From a virus (taxonomy: Duplodnaviria; Heunggongvirae; Uroviricota; Caudoviricetes), in IMG/VR virus record IMGVR_UViG_3300001487_000052, positions 1-37,502 of that record: a stretch of 37,502 nucleotides of DNA, one strand, 5' to 3'. Under the pieces are notes generated by a model. The model ran no database searches. It saw nothing but the letters and a program-made list of their open reading frames with translations, and was not told the DNA's origin. A program made the translations under genes and the position numbers. Below, in pieces: positions 1 to 9,590 of the stretch (the stretch's first letter is position 1; each line of letters starts with the position of its first letter).

Positions 1-520
1 AACGATAGATAAAGAGCGGAGTGTAAACGTAGCGATAAAAGAAAAAATAGAAAGAAAAGATAGGTAAGAGATATAGTGGAGAGACTGAATGAATGAGCGA
101 GCCAATGCGAGCGAGTGAATGAAGAAATGAAACGGATAATGAACCGAGCGAAACGAAGTGAAGCGAGGGAAATGTGTATCTCTTATAGTGAAGAGGGTTG
201 CCCACCTGACCAGTCGTTTCACTCCTGCCCAACCCTCATTCAAACATGAACAGAAGGAAATGATATCTAATACTCCCTTAAGGGTTTCTCTAAAAATATA
301 GCTTAGATATAGTGGAATGAAGGGCAAAAATTTTCTTGAGCAACCGACCGAAGGGAGGGGCGAGAGAATAATTTGATGACCGTAATGAAACAAGTAAATG
401 AATGAAAGGACGAACGAAACGGAGAGCGAAGTGTTTAACGTAGCTCTTAGTGTAGTGAGGAGTGTAGTGAATGATAAAGCTAGGATGTTAAGAGGAGAGT
501 GTAGTAAGGGGTTTTATCTT
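1..520 (+). other. Non-coding purine-skewed tract A with GNA-triloop / tandem G.A hairpins (putative structured ssDNA, origin-like); may extend left of the window
   Basis: No ORF >=60 aa in 1-805. Hairpin 144-168 CCGAGCGAAAC-GAA-GTGAAGCGAGG and hairpin 344-358 CCGACC-GAA-GGGAGG, which extends to about 328-374. Perfect 8-bp inverted repeat GAGGGTTG (193-200) / CAACCCTC (230-237). Recurrent words GAGTGTAGTGA, CGAACGAAAC, GAAGCGAG. Confidence 0.65.
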
Positions 521-611
521 TCTATTTAGAGGAGATCAAAAGAAGTGTCATCTTTTATTATATAGGTCCTATTACTAACGGATCCTCCTAAGTTTTAGTG
601 CTAAAAATGAC

Positions 612-744
612 AGCGACCAGTGAAAATGACTTAAAATTGATGATTTTTATCAAAATAGGGCAAATTTAGGGTGTTTTGAGGACATAGAAAGAGTATAGCG
701 ACCAGTTTTTAGGGGACTTTTGATATGAAACCCTTATATATGTA
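612..744 (+). promoter_or_regulatory. Regulatory cassette: two AGCGACCAG boxes plus TTTTGATATGAAACCCTTATATATGTA promoter
   Basis: Boxes at 612 and 697, CCTTATA at 732-738. The same architecture and spacing recur upstream of the portal gene (21358-21490). Confidence 0.6.
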
Positions 745-805
745 AAGGATAAAAATTCCTTTATTTTTCTAAACTGAACTCTGTATTAACTAAAATATTA
801 AAAAT

Positions 806-2854
806 ATGAATAAACAAACTATTATTGTACCAAAGGGAATTAGGTATATTAGTGAGTGGGATAAATTAGAGACTGGTAAAAGACTAAGAGATAAACTGCC
901 TCAGGATGCTCCCTACATAATGAACAAAACTATTACTGGATGTGGTTACACCGAGTATTGTATTACTAACTCATTTCCTACGATTATCTGTTCACCTCGA
1001 TTAGTTCTTTTAGAGAATAAAGAGGACCAGCATAAAGACATGGAAAATCTTCTGTATCTAAGAAACGAATATGATACTTTTGAATCTTTCGATAAAGATA
1101 TTTCTAAGGATGATGATAAGGGACTTCATACAGAACCAAAAGAAAAGAGTGAAGAAGAAAAGAAGAAGGCAGAAGAATATACTAAGTATTTAAAAAAGAA
1201 AATTCGAGATCATATTGAGCTTTGTTATTTTAAACTTCATAAAAGTCCAAAATTCCTTGTTACTTATGATTCTTTTAGGAGAATTAAAGAAGAGCTAGGA
1301 GAATCTATCAATACTTATCAAGTAGTCGTAGATGAATTTCAATCAATTTTTTGTGATAGTCGTTTCAAGTCTGATACAGAAAATAATTTCCTTTTGAATA
1401 TTCGAGGTCTTAAAAAAGTATGCTATTTATCAGCTACCCCTATGATCGACAAATATTTAGAGATGCTGGATGAATTTAAAGATCTCCCCTACTATGAACT
1501 TGATTGGGCTACTGAAGATCCTGGTAGAGTAATTAAACCCTACCTAAAAACTAAACTGATTACTCCGAAAAAAAGTTTGGTTGGTGAAGTATGTAAGATT
1601 GTAAATACTTACAAGGAAGGAAAATTTGAAAAGATAACACGAGCCTCGGAAGACGGATCATTTGAAGAGGTGTATAGTAAGGAAGCTGTTATCTATGTTA
1701 ATTCCGTAAAGAACATCTGTGATATTATTCGAAAGTGTGAGCTGACTCTAGAAAACACTAACGTTCTTTGTTCAGATGATCCGGAAAATGAAAAGAAGGT
1801 AAAATCTGCTTTCAAAAAGAGCGATACTACAATAACAAAGGATACTAAGTGCATTGGTAAAGTCCCAAAAGAGGGTGAACCCCACAAGATGTTTACCTTA
1901 TGTACTAGAACAGTTTATCTTGGGGCGGACTTTTATTCAACCAATGCTAGATCATTTATATTTAGTGATGCTAATGTAGATTGCCTTTCAGTTGACATTA
2001 CTCTCGATCTTCCCCAAATTCTAGGTCGTCAAAGGTTAGAAGAAAATCCTTGGAAGAATAGAGCAGAGCTTTACTATAAACTAAATACGAAAGAGATTAG
2101 TCAAGAAGAATTTAAAATATACCTAGACAAAAAAGAAGAGGCCACTAATAGACTGTTAAGTGCATTTGAAAAGGTTAGTAGAGAAGAACAGCACGAATTA
2201 GCACTAACCTATAGAAGAGATGCAAAACGGAGTAGCTATAGATATAATTTTGTAGCCGTTGATGAGCATTCTGGATCTGATCTTAAACCTATCTTTAATA
2301 ATCTAGTAATGATATCTGAAATGAGATCGTTCGACGTTCAACAGATAGATTATAAGGATAGATTTAGTGTTTTTACTACTCTAACAGAAAGCGCTTATGT
2401 AAATGATATAAATCAACACCTAGACCATATTTACTCTCTTACCTATTTATCTGATAAGTTTAAATATATTTGTTCACTAGATGATTCCACTATTTCATCT
2501 TGTTTGCCACATCTTCCAGAAATCTTTACTAACTACTATACCGTATTAGGTTCAGAGAGAATTAGAGCTTTGGGTTATAATATTACCGACATGAAAAGAG
2601 AATATGAGGGTGTGATAGGTAACCAAAATATTGATATTAAATCAATCATTCTCAGCTCGTTTAATGTTGGGGGAAGATACACTAAAACCTCTATTAAAGA
2701 AAAACTATCATCAATATACAGTTCATCTGGTTATTCTAAGACTCCTAAAGCAACAGACCTAGAGAACTACTTTGAGGTTAGTGTCTGTAGAATTCCCAAT
2801 AAAGAAACTGGTAAAAGAGATGCTGGATATGAAATTTTGAGTATTAAAGAGTAG
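806..2854 (+). CDS. SF2 (DExD/H-like) helicase-related protein with degenerate Walker A, copy 1
   Basis: 682 aa. Motif I-like TITGCGYT, motif II VVVDEFQ, motif III YLSATP, motif V TRTVYLGADF, motif VI PQILGRQR. Paralogue of 16577..18664. Confidence 0.75.
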   Translation: MNKQTIIVPKGIRYISEWDKLETGKRLRDKLPQDAPYIMNKTITGCGYTEYCITNSFPTIICSPRLVLLENKEDQHKDMENLLYLRNEYDTFESFDKDISKDDDKGLHTEPKEKSEEEKKKAEEYTKYLKKKIRDHIELCYFKLHKSPKFLVTYDSFRRIKEELGESINTYQVVVDEFQSIFCDSRFKSDTENNFLLNIRGLKKVCYLSATPMIDKYLEMLDEFKDLPYYELDWATEDPGRVIKPYLKTKLITPKKSLVGEVCKIVNTYKEGKFEKITRASEDGSFEEVYSKEAVIYVNSVKNICDIIRKCELTLENTNVLCSDDPENEKKVKSAFKKSDTTITKDTKCIGKVPKEGEPHKMFTLCTRTVYLGADFYSTNARSFIFSDANVDCLSVDITLDLPQILGRQRLEENPWKNRAELYYKLNTKEISQEEFKIYLDKKEEATNRLLSAFEKVSREEQHELALTYRRDAKRSSYRYNFVAVDEHSGSDLKPIFNNLVMISEMRSFDVQQIDYKDRFSVFTTLTESAYVNDINQHLDHIYSLTYLSDKFKYICSLDDSTISSCLPHLPEIFTNYYTVLGSERIRALGYNITDMKREYEGVIGNQNIDIKSIILSSFNVGGRYTKTSIKEKLSSIYSSSGYSKTPKATDLENYFEVSVCRIPNKETGKRDAGYEILSIKE

Positions 2855-2880
2855 GAGATAATATTTCTTCTACTCTTCTT
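2847..2880 (+). terminator. Intrinsic terminator after helicase-like gene 1
   Basis: AAGAGTAGGAGA / TCTTCTACTCTT stem followed by a T-rich run. Confidence 0.65.
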
Positions 2881-2916
2881 TCAAATCCTTCTTTCACACT
2901 CTCCACAAACTCAAAA

Positions 2917-2923
2917 CCTTATA
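2917..2923 (+). promoter_or_regulatory. CCTTATA phage promoter motif for the MoxR-VWA operon
   Basis: AAAACCTTATAAGAG, about 50 nt upstream of ATG 2973. The motif recurs at other transcription-unit starts. Confidence 0.55.
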
Positions 2924-2972
2924 AGAGAATATAAAATTAACAAAACATCAAAAAATACAAAAACATTAAAAA

Positions 2973-4848
2973 ATGGCAATTAAAAAGCAAGATTCAATTA
3001 ATGTGAGAATTTTCATGGCTCTCAAGGTTTCTGAGATGTCGAATGTTCCTGCTTTGATCATGTCTAACCCCGGTTTATAACTTAAGCCGCATATAGCAGT
3101 AATGTTATAATGAAAAGTGGGCAAATACGGTGAAGTCTGTGATGATAATACCGTGTTAACTAATGAAATTGCGCAAGGTTCATTAGTAGCGTAGAGCGTA
3201 GGAGGTGAATAAATATAATCCTCCCAAGAGTGTCCACCAGCCTCTAATAATAGGAGGTTGAAAATGTACGCCGAGCAATCATTAATTAAGAAGTGGTTGA
3301 GCTAGGGGATAAAAAGCCCTTAGGATAACAAAACTGGTTGGAAAGACAAGTACTATAGAGATGTACGCAAAACTCAGGAAAGACGAGAAGGGGAGACCTA
3401 TGGATGTTGTAGTTCTTCGTGGTAACTCTGAAAGTCCCGAAGCGATCCATGGCTATGAAACTGTCTCAACCGCACCTGTAAAACCTGGCGAACCTGTTAT
3501 TTCTTCTCATACTCGTCCTTCGTGGATGCAGAGGATTCTTGACAACTATGCGCAGGGTATCAGAACTATCTTGTTTTTGGATGAGCTCACGACGGCCAAT
3601 GAGTATGTACAGGCTGCTTTGTTGATGCTGATTTTTGACAGGAAGTGTGGTGTAGAGAGTTTGCCGCCGATTTCTCATTGTCTTATTGTGGCTGCGGGTA
3701 ACTATATGAACAACCTGACAACCTCTATGACTATGATTTCGCCGGTTCTCAATCGTTTCATGATTTTCAATGTAACTCCCTCTGTTGATGACCTTGGGGA
3801 TTTTCTCTGTAAGTATAAAGGAGCGATGACGAGTGGTAAGATTGTAGACCACTTAGACGAGGTAGAGAAGCAGTTGGAGGCTCTAGACAAACAGGAGCTT
3901 ACGATTAGTGAGACGAATTATAACAAGATCGGAGAGTATTTTGAGAAGTCCATTTCAGAGACTACCCGACTCTTGATGACGAAAGCTGGAAAAATTGATC
4001 TTTCTGTGACTAACCTGAAGGATCTTTATGGTGACGTTGATGATGACGATCCCAATCTTTACGGTTTTCCCACTTTCCGAACCTTGAATTATCTTCGTGA
4101 TATTAGTATTGCCTGTTATAAGTGTTTTGGAAAGCATGGTATTCAGTCCGATAATTTCCGCGCCATGATAAATGGGTTATGTGGTGTAGGTCTTACGAAA
4201 GAAACTAAGGGCTCACAGGTTATTATTAAAACCCATAAAATCGGCGCGGACTATCATGAATCGTTGACTAAGACCGCTGTTGAACTGGATAAATTAGCAA
4301 GCTCCAAACTCCCCGAATATATTGACTATTTTAACGGGATGATTAACACTGCGACTTCCACTGACCGTCCTGCAAAGACTCGTGGTAAATTCAGTACCCC
4401 CGAACTCCAAGCTTTCAAGAATAAGCTGGATGAGATGTGTAAGGATTCGGAGATGAAGAGTATAGAGAAGCCGTTAGAAGCTGATCTTGTTGCTAAGTTA
4501 GGGGATATCTTAAATGATTCTTCTAAGTTTATCCCGACCCTGAAGTATGATACTACTACTGACGGATCTGATCTGAATAAAGCTTTGGCTGATGCTGGAC
4601 TTACTGTAGAGGTTGCTGCTGGTTATGTTGCCACTTGGAATGACTTAACCAGAGCCTACAACATGATGCACAGATTCATTAACCTTGATCAGTGGAATTA
4701 TCCTACCTCAACTAAAGATATCGTCTCCACTCTCGGAAAACAACTGGGAAAGACGGGAATGAAGTTGAAGGCAATGAAGCGTATCATTCAGACTGCTACC
4801 CCGGGGAGTGGAAATCTTATTCCTGAAATTGAATCTATCGTATCGTAA
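2973..4848 (+). CDS. MoxR-like AAA+ ATPase, spliced: exon 1 2973-3074, exon 2 3337-4848 (537 aa)
   Basis: Joining the exons restores Walker A LIMSNPG|VGKTS in frame. Walker B ILFLDELTT, sensor VAAGN and SPVLNRF lie in exon 2. Adjacent to a VWA gene. The ORF-track start at 3361 misses the N-terminus. Confidence 0.88.
3075..3336 (+). ncRNA. Group I intron (262 nt, no internal ORF)
   Basis: 5' exon ends in U, paired U.G with IGS AAGCCG (P1), and the intron ends in G. P3 GTGGGCA/TGTCCAC, P4 ACGGT/ACCGT, P6 CTAATGAA/TTCATTAG, P7 G(A)GCGTA/TACGCC, P7.1 GGAGG/CCTCC, P8 CAGCCTC/GAGGTTG, P9 hairpins CAATCAT/GTGGTTG and CTAGGG/CCCTTAG. Confidence 0.9.
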
Positions 4849-6917
4849 TGAAACGGACAAAAGCTGAATTAGAACTCATTAAAAACTTCATAGACAATAC
4901 CTACTCGCGTTTTGGAATGAGGTTGTTGGTAAATGCTGATAAAGTATATGACCCAACAGACCCAAATTCCGCCTTAGGTTATTGTTTCAAGTATACGGAT
5001 CCTGTTCTTGGGAGTGTTGTATATAAGATTGAGTGCTCTAAGATTGGTATTGAACATACTGATTATAGAGTCTTAATGCATGAATACGGACACATCTACT
5101 TGGGACATCTTGAAGGAATACATGAGGACCTAGATGCTCAAATCTGCCTCACTCTCGATCAATATAGAGAGGAATTAATAGAGGAGATTAATCAGAAGTG
5201 CGGTATAGATTTTGCTGATAAACTTCTGGAGCGTATTATAGATGATCCGCAACTCAATCACAGTCTTCATAATATAGCTATGGACATGGAGGTTAATTCT
5301 AGTGTCTTATCTATAGAGGACCTTGATGAGATGGAGATGGATATAAGTTCTGTGATGCCTAAGTATGAAGAGGAAATGCTTAAGTACTTAGGGGATCATA
5401 CAGAGGACGAAGAGATTAAAAAGCAAATCCAAGACCAGCTAAACAAATACCAGTCTGAGTCTAAGATTAAGCTTATCCATCCTACACGTTATTGGTTAGA
5501 TGAGAATAATCCCTTCCCTGACAACCTGACTTATCCTGAATACCTCCTCCTTATCATCCAGCACCTTGATCAGTTTGTAAAGATGTTGGTTTCGATTAAG
5601 ATGGGAGGAAATGGTGACACTTCTCAGGTTTCACAACAGGATATTCAGGATGCTCTCAATAACATTCTCGATAAACTCCAAGGAAAATCAGAAGCATACA
5701 AGCAAGGATATCGAGATGCTATAAGAGATGCACAACAGAACGGTCAGGGTCAACAGCAAGGTCAGCCCCAGCAAGGACAAGGAAATCCGCAACAAGGAAT
5801 GGGAATGCCTGGTCAAAGTCAAGGTCAGGGTCAACCTACGCCTGGCGGAGGAGCTGGACAGGGGCAACCTCAACAGCAACAGGGAGGTGGTAGTGGTCAA
5901 GGTAATTCTCAAGACCAAGCCGACTATGAACAAGGATACCAAGACGCCCTAAGAGACATGGCCAATGCACAAAACGGTAATGGTCAAGGTCAGGGTCAAG
6001 GAGGTATGCAGAGTCTTTCGGATCTCATGAATGATATGGGTATGACTGATTCTGGAAGTAACGGAAATAGTCAACCTGGAAGTGGGCCTCAAGGATCTAG
6101 TCAACCTGGGGGATCTGGAAAGCCTACGAATGATGGTAGAACAGAGAATCCCTATAAAGGCATGAGAGAGGATCCCACCCAAAATCCCAACTATTCGAAA
6201 GACCATAGAACTGATTCTCGAGATGAAGCAGACAAAAAGCGTGAACTCGGACAGATTCATTCTAAAGGTGGTCTAGGTTGTGGATCTGGTGGTGGTCCTG
6301 GATATACGAGAGAGGTTGAGAAAGACTTGGATGATGTTGAGATGGCACTACAGGAGGTTATGCAAAATGTGAAGAAGAGAGTTGTTAAGATGGCTACTAC
6401 TAAGGACAATATGAAGAACTATAATCGTGGTATCATACGTACTGTTATAGCTCCGAGTTTTAGTAGGAAGATCACGATTTGCAATGAACCTAAAATTGTA
6501 TACCTCATTGACATTTCCGGATCTATGGACACCAGACTTATTGATAGATGCTTAGGAACTATCGCAAGAAGTATGAAAAAGCTCAGTCGTGGTCTTAAGT
6601 ATGATATCATTACCTGGAGCACATGTCTAGGGGAACACATTAGAGACATTGACCCAAGACACCCAATAACAAAGGTATCTGGGGGAGGTGGAACTAGCAT
6701 CGGACGTGGAATTCAATACTTTAAGGACAACTATGGACCTGAAGCTATTCTAGTCATTATATCCGATTTTGAAGACTATCTTGAAGAGTGGCATGCTGTA
6801 GAAAGTACTATGGATAACTACTCTATGTATGGCTTCAACTACGGAAACGGAAGCTGGTATGATAGTTCTAAAATTGACTGGAAAAATCTTAAGGTTCGCA
6901 AATTTAAGGACTATTAA
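4848..6917 (+). CDS. MoxR-associated metallopeptidase-like / VWA domain protein (DUF2201-type architecture)
   Basis: 689 aa. N-terminal HEYGH (HExxH), central Gln/Gly-rich linker, C-terminal MIDAS YLIDISGS, GGGGT and ISDFE. Translationally coupled to MoxR (TAATG). Confidence 0.85.
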   Translation: MKRTKAELELIKNFIDNTYSRFGMRLLVNADKVYDPTDPNSALGYCFKYTDPVLGSVVYKIECSKIGIEHTDYRVLMHEYGHIYLGHLEGIHEDLDAQICLTLDQYREELIEEINQKCGIDFADKLLERIIDDPQLNHSLHNIAMDMEVNSSVLSIEDLDEMEMDISSVMPKYEEEMLKYLGDHTEDEEIKKQIQDQLNKYQSESKIKLIHPTRYWLDENNPFPDNLTYPEYLLLIIQHLDQFVKMLVSIKMGGNGDTSQVSQQDIQDALNNILDKLQGKSEAYKQGYRDAIRDAQQNGQGQQQGQPQQGQGNPQQGMGMPGQSQGQGQPTPGGGAGQGQPQQQQGGGSGQGNSQDQADYEQGYQDALRDMANAQNGNGQGQGQGGMQSLSDLMNDMGMTDSGSNGNSQPGSGPQGSSQPGGSGKPTNDGRTENPYKGMREDPTQNPNYSKDHRTDSRDEADKKRELGQIHSKGGLGCGSGGGPGYTREVEKDLDDVEMALQEVMQNVKKRVVKMATTKDNMKNYNRGIIRTVIAPSFSRKITICNEPKIVYLIDISGSMDTRLIDRCLGTIARSMKKLSRGLKYDIITWSTCLGEHIRDIDPRHPITKVSGGGGTSIGRGIQYFKDNYGPEAILVIISDFEDYLEEWHAVESTMDNYSMYGFNYGNGSWYDSSKIDWKNLKVRKFKDY

Positions 6918-7474
6918 TGATTGAGAAGAGCAGAATACAAGAACTAATTAAAGTATTTTATCAACAGCCTTTCAAGATCTTCTATGTAAACTCGGTAGAT
7001 GGAGAAACATTTATAAAGCCCACAGGATTATTCATTAGCCTAGGACTTACAACATCGATGAGAACAATAGAAGGACTTAGGGATGTGATTTCCAATACAT
7101 ATCCGGAAAGTAATCCTCTTGTCGTGGAGCTTTCTAGTAAGTGTATGACAGGAGATCAATACCTGAATACTATAACAGACAATCAAAATCCACAACCCTA
7201 CGTCATTAGTGAGTTTCCAGAGGATTCATTTGATAAGACTATGGCGGAGAATGAGTTGGTGAAGCTTAGAGAGATGATCAGAGAAAACAAAAATACTACT
7301 CTCTTAGCCGCCACTCAAAAACTCCAAGAACTCATAGATAGACTAGGACAAGGTGATGGTTGGGAAACTCACAGAATCATAAAACTAGACTCCGATTACA
7401 AGATTTTTCATAAAGTTGCCAATTATAAAAGAGAGGGTAACTTGGAGCTTAGGATCGGAATTTATGTAAAGTAA
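6917..7474 (+). CDS. Hypothetical protein, third gene of the MoxR-VWA operon
   Basis: 185-aa ORF, TAATG-coupled, followed by a terminator. Confidence 0.75.
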   Translation: MIEKSRIQELIKVFYQQPFKIFYVNSVDGETFIKPTGLFISLGLTTSMRTIEGLRDVISNTYPESNPLVVELSSKCMTGDQYLNTITDNQNPQPYVISEFPEDSFDKTMAENELVKLREMIRENKNTTLLAATQKLQELIDRLGQGDGWETHRIIKLDSDYKIFHKVANYKREGNLELRIGIYVK

Positions 7475-7483
7475 AACAAACAA

Positions 7484-7523
7484 AAAAGAAATAATTGATA
7501 GTAAAATACCAGTTATTTCTTTT
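7484..7523 (+). terminator. Intrinsic terminator
   Basis: AAAAGAAATAATTG / CAGTTATTTCTTTT stem with a T tract. Confidence 0.65.
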
Positions 7524-7538
7524 ATTTATTTAAGGACT

Positions 7539-8168
7539 ATGAAAAATTGGATAAAAATATTAATCGCCTTAGTCCTTGGTTTTATTATAGGTTTGATAGT
7601 TATAAAACCCAAGACAACTATAGAAGAGGTAACTATAGAAAAACCTGTATATTACCAAGACTTAGTTACGATACATGACCTGGAAAACTTGGTGGAACAG
7701 AAAAACTTAGAAATCCGGGAGTTAAAGAATAGGGTCCAGGAGGTAAAAGAGGTTGTTATTATAGAGAAAGAACAAATACAAAAACTTCCTCCTGATTCTG
7801 GTGTAGTAAAACTTAGGGAATTTTTAAAGGGTTATACAGAAACCCCCTTAGATACATTCCCCACACTTACTTCAGATTCTCTAGTTCTTCTTGATAATGA
7901 AAACCTGAGAGATATAAATAGTGTCTTTATGGATTATTTCGGAGCTGTAGAAATTATGTTTGATCAAGAAGAAATTATATACAACGATTCAATAGTTATA
8001 GGAAGTCTTGATTCTATAATAGGAATTGAAACAGGGATAAAAGAAAACTTAGAGACAGCACTAACCCGAGAGAAGAAGAGAAAGAATATCTGGATGGGGG
8101 TTGGAATTGGTGCTACGATTACTACTTTAATATTAGGAGTGCTTAGTTATGGTAGAAGTGGTAATTAA
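7539..8168 (+). CDS. Membrane-anchored coiled-coil protein (spanin-like topology possible)
   Basis: Hydrophobic N-terminus (WIKILIALVLGFIIGLIVI), coiled coil, hydrophobic C-terminus (IWMGVGIGATITTLILGVL). Confidence 0.55.
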   Translation: MKNWIKILIALVLGFIIGLIVIKPKTTIEEVTIEKPVYYQDLVTIHDLENLVEQKNLEIRELKNRVQEVKEVVIIEKEQIQKLPPDSGVVKLREFLKGYTETPLDTFPTLTSDSLVLLDNENLRDINSVFMDYFGAVEIMFDQEEIIYNDSIVIGSLDSIIGIETGIKENLETALTREKKRKNIWMGVGIGATITTLILGVLSYGRSGN

Positions 8169-8553
8169 TTATGACGTAGAAAATAAGTTGTACAAGGCAT
8201 ATGAACCAAGTACCGACACATTATTCGTTACTTCAAGCTTAGGAGACACATTTAATAAACTAGAAGCCCATCTTTTACAATTTGGTCTCATTGCTGGTTC
8301 ATTACTGTCTGAGCAAAATATAACATACCACCTAGACTCCCCTACTTTTATAGCCATTGTTCAGAGTAATGCAAATCTTCTGAAACGACTAAATAATGCT
8401 CCTTCCGGTTTTATGGTTAGTTCTCAGAGACTTGGATTAGGAACAGGACAACAGGTGGGAGGTGACTGGAAAAAACGAGGACAACGAAAGAATAATGGTA
8501 CTTTTTCTAAATCAAATCTAGGAAATGCAAGTAAAAAATTTGGAGAGAAATGA
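8149..8553 (+). CDS. Hypothetical protein
   Basis: 134-aa ORF in an overlapping-gene operon. Confidence 0.7.
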   Translation: MVEVVINYDVENKLYKAYEPSTDTLFVTSSLGDTFNKLEAHLLQFGLIAGSLLSEQNITYHLDSPTFIAIVQSNANLLKRLNNAPSGFMVSSQRLGLGTGQQVGGDWKKRGQRKNNGTFSKSNLGNASKKFGEK

Positions 8554-8969
8554 TTAACTTATTTACTTCTTATGCTACAAAAGATAACTTAGAAAACCTA
8601 GTGTCTCATAGTTATCTTCCCGTTATCATACTAAGAAACATACGAAGCTCTAAACTCCTTTCTCCTTATTCTGATACTTCTATACATCTCAGAGAATTAT
8701 CACCATCCACAGAGCTATTTCATAAGTACCGTGATGGATTGATAGGAGTAGAAGAATACCATCATCAATACCTCTTGGAACTTATAGAGAGGAAATTATC
8801 TTTCTATGATATCCGAAAACGACTAATCTTCCTTAATAACCTAGTTTCAGCAGAGGGAGTAGTTCTTTTAGGATATGAAGAAGATCCTGAGAAATGCCAT
8901 AGAAGTGCTCTTGCTAGGTTTCTTAAGGAATTATGGAAACAGGAGATATACGAATGGAACGGAAATTAA
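8550..8969 (+). CDS. DUF488 family protein
   Basis: LSPSTELFHKY..EEYHHQYLLEL and VVLLGYEEDPEKCHR match the DUF488 LLCxE..CHR signature as I recall it. Confidence 0.7.
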   Translation: MINLFTSYATKDNLENLVSHSYLPVIILRNIRSSKLLSPYSDTSIHLRELSPSTELFHKYRDGLIGVEEYHHQYLLELIERKLSFYDIRKRLIFLNNLVSAEGVVLLGYEEDPEKCHRSALARFLKELWKQEIYEWNGN

Positions 8970-9232
8970 AAGAATGGTTAGATAAGGAAGGGGTTTGTTA
9001 TCTTGGACTTACTTATACGGAATGTTATGGTGGTCTTATATCAGTAACTTTCCTAACACAGTACGACCTAGACCTTTACTTAGACATGATAAAATATAAG
9101 TCGAGGTTTAATAAATCTGAGTTCCTAGTTATCCCCGAAACACTTACTGTAATTGTTAATGGAGGGGCAGCAAATGAAATTATACGAACTGTTAGAGGAG
9201 TTTATAATTCTCCAACTACCCTCTCAGCCTAG
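8933..9232 (+). CDS. Hypothetical protein (true start may be the second Met, MERKLKEW)
   Basis: ORF fills the operon gap. Confidence 0.6.
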   Translation: METGDIRMERKLKEWLDKEGVCYLGLTYTECYGGLISVTFLTQYDLDLYLDMIKYKSRFNKSEFLVIPETLTVIVNGGAANEIIRTVRGVYNSPTTLSA

Positions 9233-9590
9233 TCTTAAGTTTCGAGGGGACATAGCTTTAGGAAATTTTCAAATAGCTAGATTTTCTGACCTATATTGTG
9301 AGGTTATTTTCTTGACTACTGGAGAAAGTTTAAGATTAGAGAAAGAACTGGTACGCTTATGTTCTAGTTTTTATAAGTCCAGAGAAGAAGAAATAGTTAG
9401 AGCAGAAGATGTTGTTGGGTCTGAACTTTGGGAATTAGTGGTAGTTTGTTCTAGAATAATGATACAGAAAGATATAGATCCCACCCAACTTAAGAATACA
9501 GGAAAACTACGGAACTGGCTTAAAGAAAGATTTAAAATTTCCTTAGGTCCCGTTACATATTTTTCTAGAGATAATATAATAAAGATATGA
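9174..9590 (+). CDS. Hypothetical protein
   Basis: ORF-track 9153..9590; ATG at 9174 preferred; ATGA-coupled to RNase H. Confidence 0.65.
   Translation: MKLYELLEEFIILQLPSQPSLKFRGDIALGNFQIARFSDLYCEVIFLTTGESLRLEKELVRLCSSFYKSREEEIVRAEDVVGSELWELVVVCSRIMIQKDIDPTQLKNTGKLRNWLKERFKISLGPVTYFSRDNIIKI

Noticed and set aside
1-520. CRISPR array or simple satellite in the purine-rich tracts (also 18920-19370)
   Set aside because: No constant-length repeat-spacer periodicity; only short words recur.
3361-4848. ORF-track call of a 495-aa ATPase starting at 3361
   Set aside because: It lacks Walker A. The real gene starts at 2973 and is interrupted by the intron.
5735-6130. Tandem DNA repeat in the VWA gene
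   Set aside because: CAA/GGT-rich degeneracy is explained by a Gln/Gly low-complexity linker; there is no fixed unit.
7539-8168. Definite lysis cassette
   Set aside because: No endolysin or holin is recognisable nearby; spanin-like topology alone is insufficient.
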